From Malacoraja senta (taxonomy: Eukaryota), in assembly GCA_038087875.1 (NCBI GenBank), contig CM075988.1, forward strand, positions 24,678,001 through 24,742,000: a DNA stretch of 64,000 nt, written 5' to 3'. Shown here one piece after another: positions 1 to 12,745 of this stretch (its first letter is position 1; each line of letters begins with the position of its first letter). The notes under the pieces are model-generated. The model had not been told where the DNA came from. It was given only the letters and a program-made list of their open reading frames with translations, and did no database searches. The position numbers and the translations under genes were made by a program.

Positions 1-165
1 CCTGATGTTTTCAAGGGAGAGTTAGATTTAGCTCTTAGGGCTAAAGGAATCAAGGGATATGGGGAAAAGCAGGAACGGAGCACTGATTTTAGATGATCAG
101 CCATGATCATATTCAATGGCGGTGCTGACTCGAAGGGCCGAATGACCTACTCCTGCACCTGTCTC
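1..165 (+). mobile_element. CR1 LINE 3' end
   Basis: Ends in the CR1 3' motif gaagggccgaatg(g/a)cctactcctgcacct shared with other copies in the window. Confidence 0.8.
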
Positions 166-581
166 TAATATACAGGCTTCAAACATGGCAGAGTAGCACC
201 ATTGATAGAGCCACTGCCAATGTCAGCAATGAGATTGAATATCCCACTCTTGCTTGTTTTCATGTATTACACTCAATCTGCTGTAGAGTTTTCCCATGTA
301 TACAATAGGCAGTCAGAAATTAGCCTGAGGGTAGTCAGAATTGCCTACCTCATGCAGCAAACAAGGGTTGTGCAATTTGTTCACAGGGACTAAAATGGGC
401 GATATGTAGCTTCCCCAAAATACTCAATTATTCTTGTGATCACAGAACTTTTATCCTTGAGACCTAATCTCAGTAGCACCCCGACTATCTGCTTCAGTTT
501 TGGAAGGATATCTTGGTACTTTTTGTGCCTGCATTAAATATCCAACAAGACAGCACACGCATAGCTCTGCAATACTTAAGA

Positions 582-587
582 TTTATT
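582..587 (-). promoter_or_regulatory. Candidate TEN1 polyadenylation signal (AATAAA)
   Basis: tttatt on the + strand, about 400 nt downstream of the TEN1 stop codon. Confidence 0.5.
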
Positions 588-992
588 ATGTACAAGCAGC
601 AAAAACAAGTATTCTCCAGTCTTATTCTTGAAAATTCAAACAGAAAACCAGTCTGCAAAATGGTCAAAATCCAATTTCCTTCTTTCACTGATGTAGTATG
701 GGTTACAATCAACTCACATTGTGTACATTACCATTATAGTTGTTTAGTAATGATACTCAAAACTCCAAATACATTAGCAACTTCCCAATGCTGGTTGAAC
801 TTTAAACATTTAATAGCCAAGTTGTGACATCTGAAGGCCAAGGTGAGCACGACATGCAGGAAGCAGACTAGATGCTCTGTACCAGCCCAAAACAAGCAGA
901 TTCAGAGAAATCAGACAGCTATAGACACAAACAGCTGTCACACCTGAGGCTCGAGAAACTGCAACTCCAATGGCAAATTTGAGTCCACACAT

Positions 993-1147
993 TCACACAT
1001 CTCTTCTGCCTGTTCTCTTGGTTTCAAGGGCACTTCTGTCTCTTTGTTGGAAGTACTTTCTCTGCTCCTGTACAGCATGTTCCAGCAATGGCAAGTCAAC
1101 TCCATCCGCATCAATTAGCAGCCGAGCCTGGATCACAGGAACGTTGC
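993..1147 (-). CDS. TEN1: TEN1 last coding exon (NVPVIQARLLIDADGVDLPLLEHAVQEQRKYFQQRDRSALETKRTGRRDV*)
   Basis: Acceptor ttttag| at 1148. Matches the recalled TEN1 C-terminus (VVKARVLTCVEGMNLPLLEQAIREQRLY). Spliced CDS 89+158+155 = 402 nt, 133 aa plus stop. Confidence 0.95.
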
Positions 1148-2149
1148 CTAAAAATAATGCCACCAAGTTAATATCCCAGCAATCAAAACAATTGCAGCAT
1201 GTGTGAAAAGCAATGTAACTGAGTGAAGTTTCCAGCCCTGTGGTGAGCTTCTCCATCTTCGCCAAAGTACTGCAGCTGGCCTATCTGCCCAGTACACAAA
1301 GTGGATAAGAAAATAGCTATGATCATCCAATTTTCCAGTTAACTGCACAATGAACCACAAAATCCAAAATTTAAAATAGTTCATTAATGATTTACTAGGT
1401 GATGTTCAGCTGAACTCAAAGATCAAGGGACAAATAGTCCAATTAGCTTATTTTATATCCCTACATCCTCTTCTCAATCAGAAAAATTTAGCATCAAACA
1501 ACTTGAGACAACAATGGAGTGACAGGATGAGTGATTACTCCAAACTATTTCATAACTTGCATTTGATCCTGTAAAATTGTCAGACCACAACTTGCACATG
1601 TTAATCATCCTTAATATTTGAAAGAATAATGCATCTTCCTTCCATTGAAGAATGCTTACAAGCATGATATTTTGTCCTTGTTAAATCATATCCAGATATT
1701 TATTTATGATCCTCAATTATCAAAAGTGGAATAGACAATCATCTGTTCAGAAACAAATGTCTTATTCTGCACAAAGTTTGTTTGCTAGGGTTTCCAATTC
1801 AACTGAATGGATTGGACTCAAGGGAAGAACAAAGGAGATAGCCATTCCATGCAAGTGTAGCAAAAGCCAGAATTTGCATCTGAGGAAATGAGACCAACTT
1901 AAATAAGCAGGAGACTGCGGTTTCAAAACTGCACCTTCGTTTCATATACACCTAAACCACTGATTTTCGACAAAAAAATGTATCATTACTGTGAGTAAAA
2001 GTGATCAGATATTAGTTGGACGTATAGACTTGTGAAATGCGCAGACATACTCTGACATTTGATATAAAAGTATAAAATGTTGAGTGGAATAAAGAATGCA
2101 GAGACATATATACTTAATGGCAAATATTGAAGGATGGCTGGGACATAAA

Positions 2150-2900
2150 ACTTTGCAAGTTGCAGGGAAAGATAATGTCAGCTTCAAACATATGGGATCC
2201 ATGGCTATGTAAATACCAGCATGGAATATAAAACCAAAAGAACTTATGCTGCAAGTAATTAGGAAAGCTAACAGAATGTTATTGTTCGTTGCTAGGGTAA
2301 TTGAATACAAAAGTAGGGAAGTTATGCTTCAGTTATATGGTGTACTGGTGAGATCACATCTGGAGCATCTGTCCAGAATTTGCTTCTTTATTCAAGGACG
2401 GATGTTGATGCATTGGGAACAATTCAGAGTACCAGACCAACTCCCGAAATGAGAATGGGTTGGACAGAGTTGTTTCTATTAGAGCTTAGAAAAACAAAAA
2501 CGGACTTGTCACAATAGGCATGGTGAAATTTTCTTCTCTTGTGGGATAATCTAGAATCTGGAGTCAATGTTTAAAAATAAGGGGTCACCATTTAAGACTA
2601 AGGATACCATTTTTTTCTGAGTATCATGGGTCCATATACCCAAAACAGAGTGGAAGTTACAGGTCTTCCAGTAGGTCCAAAGTCACATATACACCAAATA
2701 TGCAAGAAAGGCAGACCATCTTTAAGGCACACTCAACACTTTACAATAGAAAAAGAGAGATTCTTGATAAGCACGGATGTGAACAGTTACAGCAGGTAGA
2801 TAGAATTGCAAAACAGAATTTATACTCAGCCATGTCCTTGTTAAATGGATAAGCAGGCTCAAGAAGCCAAGTGAACTATTCCTGCAGCCAATTCATATGT
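2150..2900 (+). mobile_element. Degenerate CR1 LINE fragment in TEN1 intron
   Basis: Peptide KANRML...IEYKSREVMLQLYGVLVRSHLE plus a decayed CR1 3' end. Confidence 0.75.
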
Positions 2901-3782
2901 TCATAGCCTTTATAAATCACATGGAAGGACTCAGCTGGATTATGGGCATTGCAACATGGGAAGAATGATGGAGATAATCATGATGCCAAGTATATCATCG
3001 ACAAAGTGTCCAATGATGAGGCCCAATTATTTGCAGCTGCTTCTACAATGAGTTGGCTAGCCTTGAAGTGATCAGAATTCAGGACATTTGCTGATGATCA
3101 GAAAGAATGCTTAGCTCTCTTTGCAATTGATGCACACATACACTGAGAGTTGTATATCATTTCACTGCAATGTTGCAGTTCAATAATGAATCAGTCAATG
3201 ATCATCTCCAACAAATGTTAGTGTAACCCATGTCTTCTTGAGAATTAATTGAATTATCATCCCTGACCATCAAAGAAACTTGAGAAACTGCTTTGCACCT
3301 CTCCACAAAGGTAGGGCGAGACCCTGGGTTTTCTGTTCTGAGTACCTCACTTCCCCAAGGCGCAAGACAGGAAGATGATGGAATACTCTTCAATCGCCGT
3401 TGTTGGTCGAGTCCACCTCTCCTCTGAATTACAATCGTATTTGTAATTGTTCATGAAATACCAATTCCATTGGTAGTTTAAGCATTTATCCCAGATACCC
3501 TAAACAGTGGAAGTTGCAGGTCAACCACTGGATCTGGAGTATACCAGACTTGTGAATGTCGGACTTATTTTCCCAAGGCCTAAGCAGATTAATTTTCATA
3601 ACAATCCATTAGTTTAATGGCCAATATTACACACATCTGCTTTTATTCCATGTTTATCCAATTACATTAATTTAAATTCCCTGACACACCCCAGGATCAT
3701 TAGTTTACACCTGCAAACAATATCCATTATGCTAGCAGAGTGCAATCTATAACTGTCTAACCATTCCCATAACCAAAGGGCT

Positions 3783-5958
3783 ATTTGTTGATGTACAGAA
3801 TGGCTTTAGGAATGGAAGGTCTACAATGGAGTCTGTATCAGTTTTGGATCAGGATATTAAAAGGGCATTTAGAAGCAAGGAAACAGTAGTGAGTGTATTC
3901 CTTGATATTGAGAAGGCATATGATTCTTTGTGGAAGGAGGGATTAATGATTAAAATTTTTGACTTGGGAGTCAGGGGACGAATGTTCAACTGGATTAAGG
4001 ATTTTTTATTGAATAGAACAATACAAGTAATGGTTGGTAGTGTCAGATCAGAGACTGTAGAAATAGAGAATGGAACCCCGCAGGGAAGTATTATTAGTCC
4101 AGTTTTATTTAATATCATGATAAATGACATATTTTGTAAATTAGAGAGAGGATTTGGTCTGTCTTTGTTTGCAGATGACGGGGCCATCTGGAAAAGAGGT
4201 TGTAATGTAGTTTGTTTTAAAACAGATTCAAAGAGTGTTAGTGTCTGTAGAGGAATGGGGGAACACATGGGGCTTTAAAATCTCTGCCTCTAAGACTAAA
4301 TATATGGTATTTGGTTTTAAAAGAAAGTTACCTAAGTTAGGGCTGTATATGTATGGGTCTCTATTGGAGAAGGTAAAGGTTTTTAAGTTTTTGGGTGTTT
4401 GGTTTGAAGAGCGTATGACTTGGGCTGTGCATGTAGGTAAAATTGTGTTGAAGTGTGAAAAAGTTCTGAATGTTATGAGAAGTCTGGTTGGGTGTGAGTG
4501 GGGGGCCAACAGGGAGACAATGCTGCTAATTTATCAGGCCATGATCAGATCTTCTCTTGACTATGGGTGTTTTGTGTATGGGTCTGCGTCTAAAACTGTT
4601 CTGGCTAGGCTAGATGTGTTGCAGGCAAAGGCTTTGAGGCTTTGCTGTGGAGCCTTCAGGACTTCCCCAGTCCCTGCCCTGATTGTTGAAATGGGAGAAA
4701 TGCCCTTATGGTTAAGGCGCATTAAGCTAGGGTTACATTACTGGGCTAAACTTTGTGGGTGTAATGATACCTTCCCAGCAAGGTGTTTGTTGCAAGAGGT
4801 TGATGATGATAACAAATATAACACATTTTTTGTCATTATAAATCAGTGGGCTAGGAAGCTGGGTTTGGAACAAGGGGGTATTATAGAGCATACAATAAGG
4901 CTACCTGTGCCCTATTGGGTTCTTCCTGAACTGTTTATTGAGCTTGCTTTTCTTCAGGAAAAAGATAAGCGCGAGGTGACTCCAAGAATAGTGGAATATC
5001 TTAATTCAATCAGTGAGAGCACTTTGATTGTTTTTACAGATGGATCTAAAGATCCAGTTAGTGGGAGAGCTGGGTTTGGAGTGTATGTGGAGCAGCTTGG
5101 GTTGAAGATTGGCCGGCGCATTTCTGATGGAAGTTCTGTTCTCACGACTGAATTAATGGCAATTCAATGGGCTCTATGGTGGATTGAGGAAGCCAGTTTT
5201 AGAGAAGTCATTATCTGTTCTGATTCTGCAGCTGCTCTTGAAACTTTAAGAGTAGGGAAATCTAAAGCTCGTCCTCATATTCTAAATGAAATCTTGAGTG
5301 TGTTTTCTAGAATTGGGTTTGCGTGTAACATCACTTTTTGCTGGGTTCCCGGGCATGCTGGGGTGAGGGGGAATGAGCAGGTGGACCTCATAGCAAAGGA
5401 GAGTTTAAGAAGAGAAATAGATATCCATGTATCATTGGGGAGAGTGGAACTGAGAGAAATAATTAAAGAGGGCTTAACAAAAGAATGGCAGAGAGGATGG
5501 GAAATGGAAGTCAGGGGTAGACACTACTTTTCTATACAACCTGAAGTTAGGAAAATATGTTTCTGTACATCTCTGTCCCGTAGGGACTCAGTTAAACTGT
5601 GTAGATTGAGGTTGGGACACTGTGGGTTAAATTACTATTTGTGCATTGTAGGGAAACATGTTTCTGGCTTGTGTGAATGTGGGAGTAATGAGACAGTTAA
5701 GCATGTTTTCCTAGAATGTAAAAAGTATAGGGTAGAAAGAAAAGTATTGTTTGTTAGACTGACAGGACTTGGAGTTGAGGCTTTTTCTGTTTTATCTTTG
5801 TTTGGACACAATGAGAAACATCAACTGATATCCAGGGCTGTTCTTCAATTCCTGCAAGTTACAGGATTGTATGTAAGAATTTAGTTCAAACTTTGACCTG
5901 TGGAGGGCAGTAATACGCTTAGCAGCGTCTACACTGCCGGAATCCTACAAGAAGAAGA
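3783..5958 (+). mobile_element. 5'-truncated I-group (Nimb-like) LINE with RT and RNase H, antisense in TEN1 intron
   Basis: RT motifs FLDIEKAYD, GTPQGS, LFADD (3826-4278). Frameshift near 4210, then a 549-aa ORF (4235-5884) with RNase H motifs FTDGSK, TELMAI, CSDS, WVPGH..GNEQVD and a CxC..H..C tail. (GAA)n tail; 14-bp TSD ataaccaaagggct at 3769-3782 and 5959-5972. Confidence 0.9.
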
Positions 5959-6454
5959 ATAACCAAAGGGCTTCTAGAAGTCTGTTCTCACTAATTTTCT
6001 AAACCTGCCACATGTTAATGACAAACTGGAATTGTGCTCTTTATACCCAAATTTAAGCTGTACAAATATAGAGGGAAAATTGGATTAAGTACTGGTTTTA
6101 AATCTACACTACAGACAGCTTGAGATTTAATGGACAAAAGTTGAGATATAATGGACAGATGGAACAAGCCTTCATTGGCATGCACAAGCTGGAATTGCCT
6201 GCAAGCACAGCTTGCATTTATCTATCAACTATATTGTGGTAAAACACCCCCAAGATGCCTTACAGGAGCAGTGTCAAAAAAAATGCAGCACAGAAGTGTT
6301 TGGATAGATTATCAATGACAAAGCTAGGATTTAGGGGGCTTTAACAACAAAAGCTGCTTTAAGCTCATAAAAGACGAGGAAGCCGCGTTGGAGAAATTCC
6401 GCGAGATCATGCTGGAGCTGAAACAAATCATTTTCATAGCCTCCCCCACTCTAC

Positions 6455-6612
6455 CTGTTGTGCTTTCCATCTCTCCAAGTGCCATATATTCTGTTCCGAT
6501 CCGAGCTTCAAATGGTTCCACCAGTGAAGTGAGGACTTGAAGTCTGTAATCATTTGAATTGTGATGAACAGAGAGTGCTGCCTCAGAGATCCTGGCATCA
6601 TAATTAGTTAAC
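6455..6612 (-). CDS. TEN1: TEN1 second coding exon (LTNYDARISEAALSVHHNSNDYRLQVLTSLVEPFEARIGTEYMALGEMESTT)
   Basis: 158 bp, acceptor ttgtag| and donor G|gtagag. Phase-compatible with both neighbours. LVEPF...LGE matches the TEN1 OB-fold. Confidence 0.95.
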
Positions 6613-7179
6613 CTACAATAATTAAAAAATGTTTAAATGGAGATGGTGACAACAGGAACAGCATTGTGCTACACCAGAGAGGTAGGTCCAATATGTTTCT
6701 GCTATTTTGTATATGGTTTGAAAGTTTTATCAATTGGCTGTTCAGGACTTCGTTCAGCCTGAAGAAGTGTTCCAACCCGAAACGTCACCTATTCTTTTTC
6801 TCAAGAAATGCTCCTCTATCCGCTGAGTTACTCCAGCATTTTGTGTCTATCTTCATAAATCTCTACATTTGCCAAACAGTTCAGTCTGGAAACAAACATA
6901 TCCATTTACCTTTTGCAAAGCAATATTTCCTGAAGAATCAATGGGCAACTGAGCTAATGGGTTAGAGGAAAGTGCCAAAAGGAAGTTTACATCACAATCT
7001 TTTAGTTACATCAAATTTGAAAGTCAGATATAATAATAATAATCATAATAATAGATTTTATTTATATAGCGCTTTTCAGATATAGGCTATTCAACCCAGC
7101 TGGCCCACACTATTCTTTATTTACAACAGCTCGCCCACTTACTACCACTTCACTCCATATCCTTATGTTCCATTATTCA

Positions 7180-7505
7180 TATGTGGAGAGGATGTTTCCA
7201 CTAGTGGGAGAGTCTAGCACTAGAGGTCACAGTCTCAGAATTAAAGGACATCCCTTTAGGAGGGAGATGAGGATGACATTTCTTCAGTCAGAGGGTGGTG
7301 AATCTGTAAATCCTTTGCCACAGAAGGCCAAGTCAATGGATATTTTTACAGCAGAGATAGATTATTGATTAGTACGGGTGTCAGGGGTTATGGGGAGAAG
7401 GCAGGAGAATGGGGTTAGGAGGGAGAGGTAGATCAGTCATGATTGAATGGCGGAGCAGACTTGTTGGGCCGAATGGCCTAATTCTGCTCCCATCACATGA
7501 CCTTA
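7180..7505 (+). mobile_element. CR1 LINE 3' fragment
   Basis: Peptide ERMFPLVGESSTRGHSLRIKG and the CR1 3' terminal motif. Confidence 0.8.
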
Positions 7506-7911
7506 TATATGCATCAATTCACCTCTTCATGAGTCAATTAACATATTGACATACAAGCTAGTAAACATATTGAAAAGTTTACAATTTACATTATTAAATT
7601 CTGTCATAACGGGCCAACAAAAAAAAACCCAATACTTCAGGACAAATGTGTGCAAATATTTATTTCACATAGAATCATGATTGAATGAAGTGCTGGACAG
7701 CAGTGGAATTCAAACTGGGAATCAGTTAGAGATTGTTATCAGAAGAGCACAGGTGAAGGAGGTTGTTGACTCATGTGAGGGATAAACTAGATCAGTGCAA
7801 GAAGAAATTATCTGTCTGGAGGCTTTTTCTGTGTATTACTTCCTTATAAAGAGGAATACAGGGGAAAGTAAGGCAAGTGTTGATGTGAATCATGCAACTA
7901 TTGGCACGTAC

Positions 7912-8000
7912 CTGCCAAATGTTCTCACTGTACTTCCTTCATCCACTGCACCAGAACAAATCTCCCACAAAAAGTGAAATACGCCAGGCTTTGGTAGCAT
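7912..8000 (-). CDS. TEN1: TEN1 first coding exon (MLPKPGVFHFLWEICSGAVDEGSTVRTFGR)
   Basis: Manual translation matches the recalled vertebrate TEN1 N-terminus (MLPKPGTYYLPWEVSAGQVPDGSTLRTFGR). ATG at 8000-7998, donor AG|gtacgt at 7911. Likely acceptor tttcag| at 8038, which implies an upstream non-coding exon. Confidence 0.95.
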
Positions 8001-8909
8001 TTTTTTTTCTTTTCTCTGTTTGAGTGAGAGTTAAAAGCCTGAAATTAGTTTATGTTTCTTTAGTCATTGATTACATTGAAGATACAAGTTACCTATGATT
8101 GTCACAATGGGGCTTCAGGGTTGGTTATCACTTATCAGAAAAGAAGCAGCACGTCTTTTACCATCAATCCTATATTACCATTAACACTGGAGCAAACAGC
8201 TGGCAATAATGCTTCCAGGTTTACAATGAAAGTAATTTTCAGAGGCAAAAAATTAAATGTAGCGCTGGATGAAATTTCCCACCATGATACATATAAAATC
8301 AGTTGAATACATCCCCAAAGTTTGTAGAGAGTTTGCCAAAGTGTGGGGGGAGGATTTAATCCAAAACACGATGTTGATGTGACATAGACTATGCATCTGG
8401 TGGATGAAATATAGAAGGAAAACAGAATCAGTCCACTCGGCAGAACAAAATGCTGTTGGAGGAACACAAGACTAAATTGCAGGAGGAATGTAAGACAGAT
8501 AAACTTATCTGCACACAGGTATTATTGCTATCACAGGGACATAGTTGAAAGAATGGCAGGTCTGGAACATTCAAGGGGATAGCATCAGCATTACAGCAGA
8601 AGGGTGTAGAAAAAGGTGGTGGCATTGGAAAATTAAGTACTGGTAATTCACTACTTGTGTAAAGAAAGGATATCCTAGAAGGTACTTGAAATGGTCTTAC
8701 AGATAGTGTTTTGGAGCAAAAAGTTCAATTTCAATGAGGCCTTAAACACACATTGAAACTTCAGACTGAGGAAAGGTCCCAACAAAAATGTCACCTGTGC
8801 ATGTACTACAGAGATGCTGCATGGAAAGACACCAAATGCGTTTGACCCACTGAGTTACTCCGTCACTTTATGCCCTTTTACTAAACTACATGGTTAACAA
8901 AACTTCAGA

Positions 8910-9300
8910 GCGAGCGCATGGCAGCTGTTCCTTGCTTTTTGCATATTTTTCATTCATTAGTTCAATACACCATCTATATCTCCTGGGTACACAAAAATGC
9001 TGGAGAAACTCAGCGGGTGCAGCAGCATCTATGGAGCGAAGGAAATAGGCAACGTTTCGGGCTGAAACAACATTGCCTATTTCCTTCGCTCCATAGATGC
9101 TGCTTCACCCGCTGAGTTTCTCCAGCATTTTTGTGTTACTTCGATTTTCCAGCATCTGCAGTTCCTTCTTAAACACATCTATATCTCGTTTTCCCCTGAC
9201 TCTGTCTGAAGGGTCTCAACTCGAAACATCACCTATTTATTTTCTCCAGAGATATTGCCTGACCATGCTGAGTTACTCCAGCTTTGTTGTGTCTGATCCT
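8910..9300. mobile_element. Nested Penelope-like fragments: inverted hairpin insert (~8983-9175) inside an older copy
   Basis: Inverted arms; catctatatctc duplicated at both borders; the host copy resumes with ctgaagggtctcaactcgaaac. Confidence 0.75.
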
Positions 9301-9594
9301 GTTCCAAGTCTCCTTGAGTGCTTAAACTTGATGTAAGGACACACCATGACCTAAAACCATGGACATGTTTTTTTTGTAAACTTACCACACAATGTTGACC
9401 TTTCCTGAGGGATTCGCCTGTCAATCTGGGCCAGTTTCCAAAGAAGGGTCTCGACCCGAAACGTCACCTATTCCTTTCCTCCAGATATGCTGCCCGACCC
9501 GCTGAGTTACTCCAGCTTTTTGTGTCTATTATCGATGGGCAAGTTTGTTATGTTGGGGGAGTGCGACTGCTCCAGCCGTTCCTTCTTCTCCAAG

Positions 9595-9925
9595 GAATAG
9601 ATCGGGTAGATGCACAGAGTCTCTTGCCCAGAGTAGCGGAATGCGTCGAGGACATAGGTTCAAGGTGATGGGGAAAAGATTTAATAGGAATCTGAGGGAT
9701 AACTTTTTTTACACAAAGGGTGGTGGGTGTTTGGAACAAGCTGCCAGAGGAGGTAGTTGAGGCTGGGACTATCCCAACGTTTAAGAAACAGTTGGACAGG
9801 TACATGGATAAGACAGGTCTAGAGGGATATGGACCAAATGCAGGCAGGGGGGTCTAATGTAGCTGGGACATGTTGGGTGAGCTGGGCCGAAGGGCCTGTT
9901 TCCACACTGTACCACTCCAATTCTA
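9595..9925 (+). mobile_element. CR1 LINE 3' fragment
   Basis: Peptide RGHRFKVMGKRFNRNLRDNFF and terminus gggccgaagggcctgtttccac. Confidence 0.8.
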
Positions 9926-10079
9926 TTTTATATGTTCGACAGATACGTAGTCTCTGCAGTCCATTAGTTACTTGAGTGAAGCAGCAGCACCACTTCTTCT
10001 TGCTCACTCTAGTCTAACCCGTCTCGTATCTCCCGCTTCTCACCCAAAGCTGGCCTTTTTCCTTCCCTCTCCCTCTCCC

Positions 10080-10650
10080 TCTCCCTCCCCCGCATCCGCA
10101 GGCCCCGTAACCCGACTTAGTCCCTCAGTTGAAGCTTTAAAAAAATAATAATAATAATAATAATAAGATTAAAAGGGGAAAAAAAACGGACCGACGCCGC
10201 TCCGGTGGTCGACGGCCGAGGCGCGGACCAGAGATCACGGAGCGGACTGCAACGGCGCGAGCAACCCCGCCGCAATGCGCCTGCGCGGTCAGATGAGGTC
10301 GCCTGCGGGCGGGGCTGGAGCTGGGGCTCGAGCACGTGATGGTAACCGTGGCGACCGCTGCAACCCCACTCACCCCAGACGGACGACGAGCGGGCCGGAG
10401 GGGGGGGGGTCAGGTGACCGTAGCCATGGCGACCGGAGGAGGGGCCTCAGCGTGTGCGAGGTCAGGTGACCGTAGCCGTGGCGACTGGTGGGAGGGGTCG
10501 AGCGCGCAGCGAGGTCAGGTGACCGTAACCATGGCGGCTGGAGGGAGGGAGGGGGGGGGGGGGTCGAGCGGGCTCAGGTGACGGTAACCATGGCGACCTG
10601 AGGCAGATCTGAGTCCCAGGCAACGCTTCTCCGGGTCACCTGCACAGGTA
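10080..10650. promoter_or_regulatory. CpG island, probable TEN1 promoter and non-coding first exon
   Basis: CpG-dense unique region about 2 kb upstream of the TEN1 ATG. NRF1-like TGCGCCTGCGC (~10276-10286), CACGTG (10333-10338), five E-box/X-box modules. Candidate minus-strand donor GG|GTGAGT at 10373. Confidence 0.8.
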
Positions 10651-11611
10651 TCAATCAGCTCGGTTCACCAATACTGCGCCTTTAATATCACTCTGCTTTG
10701 ATTGTTGTCTATCAGAATTATTGTAGTGGAACGTAATATTGGACGCACATCTTTTCATAAGTTCATAAGTGTTAGGAGTAGAATTAGGCCATTCGGGCCA
10801 TCAATTCTGCTCCGCCATTCAATCATGGCTGATCTATCTCCCTCCTAACCCCATTCTCCTGCTCAACATAACCTCTGACACCTGTACTAATCAATCTATC
10901 TTTTGGGAAAGACATCGTCCATCCCCTCCCCTTTCCCACCACACCAATGGACCCTTGAAATTTCCATGGCACTATTTCAAAGAAGAGCAGACAAAGTTCT
11001 CACTTTGACCCCGTTTGGCACATCAAAAACATTCCTTTCCATCTCCCTTCCACTCAGTCCGACAAGTTCCAACGTTCGCATCCCTGTCGTTAGCACATCT
11101 TCGCCAGTCAATAATGAATCATTATGGACTCCGCCCTTCCTGAGGCCATCTGTGTCAGGCCTTGTTTTGTTCTGGCTTTCTCTATCTTTCAGTCTGAAGA
11201 TGGGTTCCAACCCGAAATGTAACCTATTCCTGCCTGATCCGCTGAGTTACTCCAGCATTTTGTGTCTATCTTTAGTATAAATCAGCATCTTCCTTCCTAC
11301 ACACAAAAACATTTGTTGAGCCTTCATTACAATGTAGAATCTTGGACCACATGTTTTGGCAATTCTTGTGCATTAGAACAGAGAAAAGTATAGCACAGGA
11401 ACAGGCCCTTTGGCCCACAATGTCTTTGTCGAACATGATGCCAAGACAAACTAATCTCATCTACCTGCACATTATATCAATAATGATTAGTATTGTTTAC
11501 ATCCTACAAAGCACAATATTATTCAGGTGTTTCATGATATTTTAAAGTTCAGGGATTGAAAATAAAGTTTCCCCAAGGGAAGTAATATGTAGATAGAGAA
11601 CATAACAAAGA

Positions 11612-12112
11612 GACTTCTACAGGTGCACAGTAGAGAGCATGCTGACTGGTTGCATCATGGCTTGGTTCGGCAACCTGAGGGTCCAGGAGCAGAAAAGGAT
11701 GCAGAAAGTTGTAACCACTGCCCAGTCCATCATCGGCTCTGACCTCCCCACCATCGAAGAGATCTATCGTAGTCGCTGCCTCAAAAAGGCAGCCAGCATC
11801 ATCAAGGACCCACACCATCCTGGCCACGCACTCATCTCTCCGCTACCATCGGGCAGAAGGTACAGGAGCCTGAAATCTGTTACATCCAGGTTCAGGAACA
11901 GCTACTTCCCCACAGCCATCAGGTTATTAAACTCGCCAACAAACAGACTCTGAACTGTAGCAGCCTATTGCACTTTATCTGCTTATTTATGTGTATATTG
12001 AACTGAACTGTTCTGTATTTTTGCTTACAATACTCTGTTGTTCTGCAGCAAGCAAGAATTTCATTGTCCTATCTGGGACACATGACAATAAACTCACTTG
12101 ACTTGACTTGAT
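11612..12112 (+). mobile_element. Rex1/Babar LINE 3' fragment
   Basis: ORF 11639-11953 (...KDPHHPGH..LPSGRRYRS..RFRNSYFPTAIRLLN), then tgacaataaa and a (cttga)n tail. Confidence 0.85.
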
Positions 12113-12363
12113 TATGTTTTTATTACCTCTCACACAGATGCTTCAGTAACAAATTGAAAGGGGAAGCAATTATTGAGGTTAATGAGTTCAAGTCAAGAGA
12201 GTTTATTGTCATGTGTCCCAGATAGGACAATGAAATTCTTGTATTGCTGCAAGTTTATATAATGCGATAGATTTAAGAAAAAATAGAGCTTGACACAGAC
12301 CTTGCAGGCAGCTGAGTTGTTCATGTGCTGTATTGTCCTGTTTGAGAGGTTATTTAACTCATT

Positions 12364-12745
12364 TTTTTAGTTTAGTTTAGAGATACAGAGTAGAAACAGG
12401 CCCTTCGGCCCACCGAGTCCGCACGAACCAGCGAACCAAGCACATTTAAGGGCCTGTCCCACTTTCACGACCTAATTCACAACCTCTGCCGAGTTTGCCC
12501 TTGATTCATGCTCGCAGCATGGTCGTCACGAGGTCGCCGGAGGTCGTAGGTAGTTCGTAGCAGGCCGTGATGCTAGTCATAGGCATCAAGTAGGTTGGGG
12601 CATTTTTCTAGCATGATGAAAAATGTCCACAAGTAAAAAAGGTCGTGAATTAGGTCGTGAAAGTGCGACAGGCCCTTAACACTATCCTTCACACACTGGG
12701 GACAATTTATAATGTTGCCAAACCAATTAAGCTAAAACCTGTGCA
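12364..12745 (-). mobile_element. HE1-like V-SINE fragment interrupted by a Harbinger-type MITE
   Basis: (tttag)n tail and a body matching the other SINE copies, split at cacat|taa|cact. Confidence 0.75.
12449..12676. mobile_element. PIF/Harbinger-type MITE
   Basis: Terminal inverted repeats (TIRs) AGGGCCTGTCCCAC...GTGCGACAGGCCCT with extended inverted ends and TTA/TAA flanks. Confidence 0.8.

Noticed and set aside
1148..1265. N-terminal part of ORF 993-1265 as a single-exon gene
   Set aside because: TEN1 similarity starts only at the splice acceptor at 1148; the upstream part is intronic read-through.
3202..3425. Possible extra TEN1 exon (ttcag|...GAG|gtactc) and 63-aa ORF
   Set aside because: The three identified exons already give a complete in-phase TEN1, and this peptide shows no similarity to it.
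10117..10581. Several Gly/Arg-rich ORFs
   Set aside because: By-products of GC-rich promoter repeats with no recognisable protein.
10333..10597. CRISPR-like repeat-spacer appearance
   Set aside because: Eukaryotic CpG island; spacers are mutually related and G-rich; no cas genes. Better explained as a promoter minisatellite.
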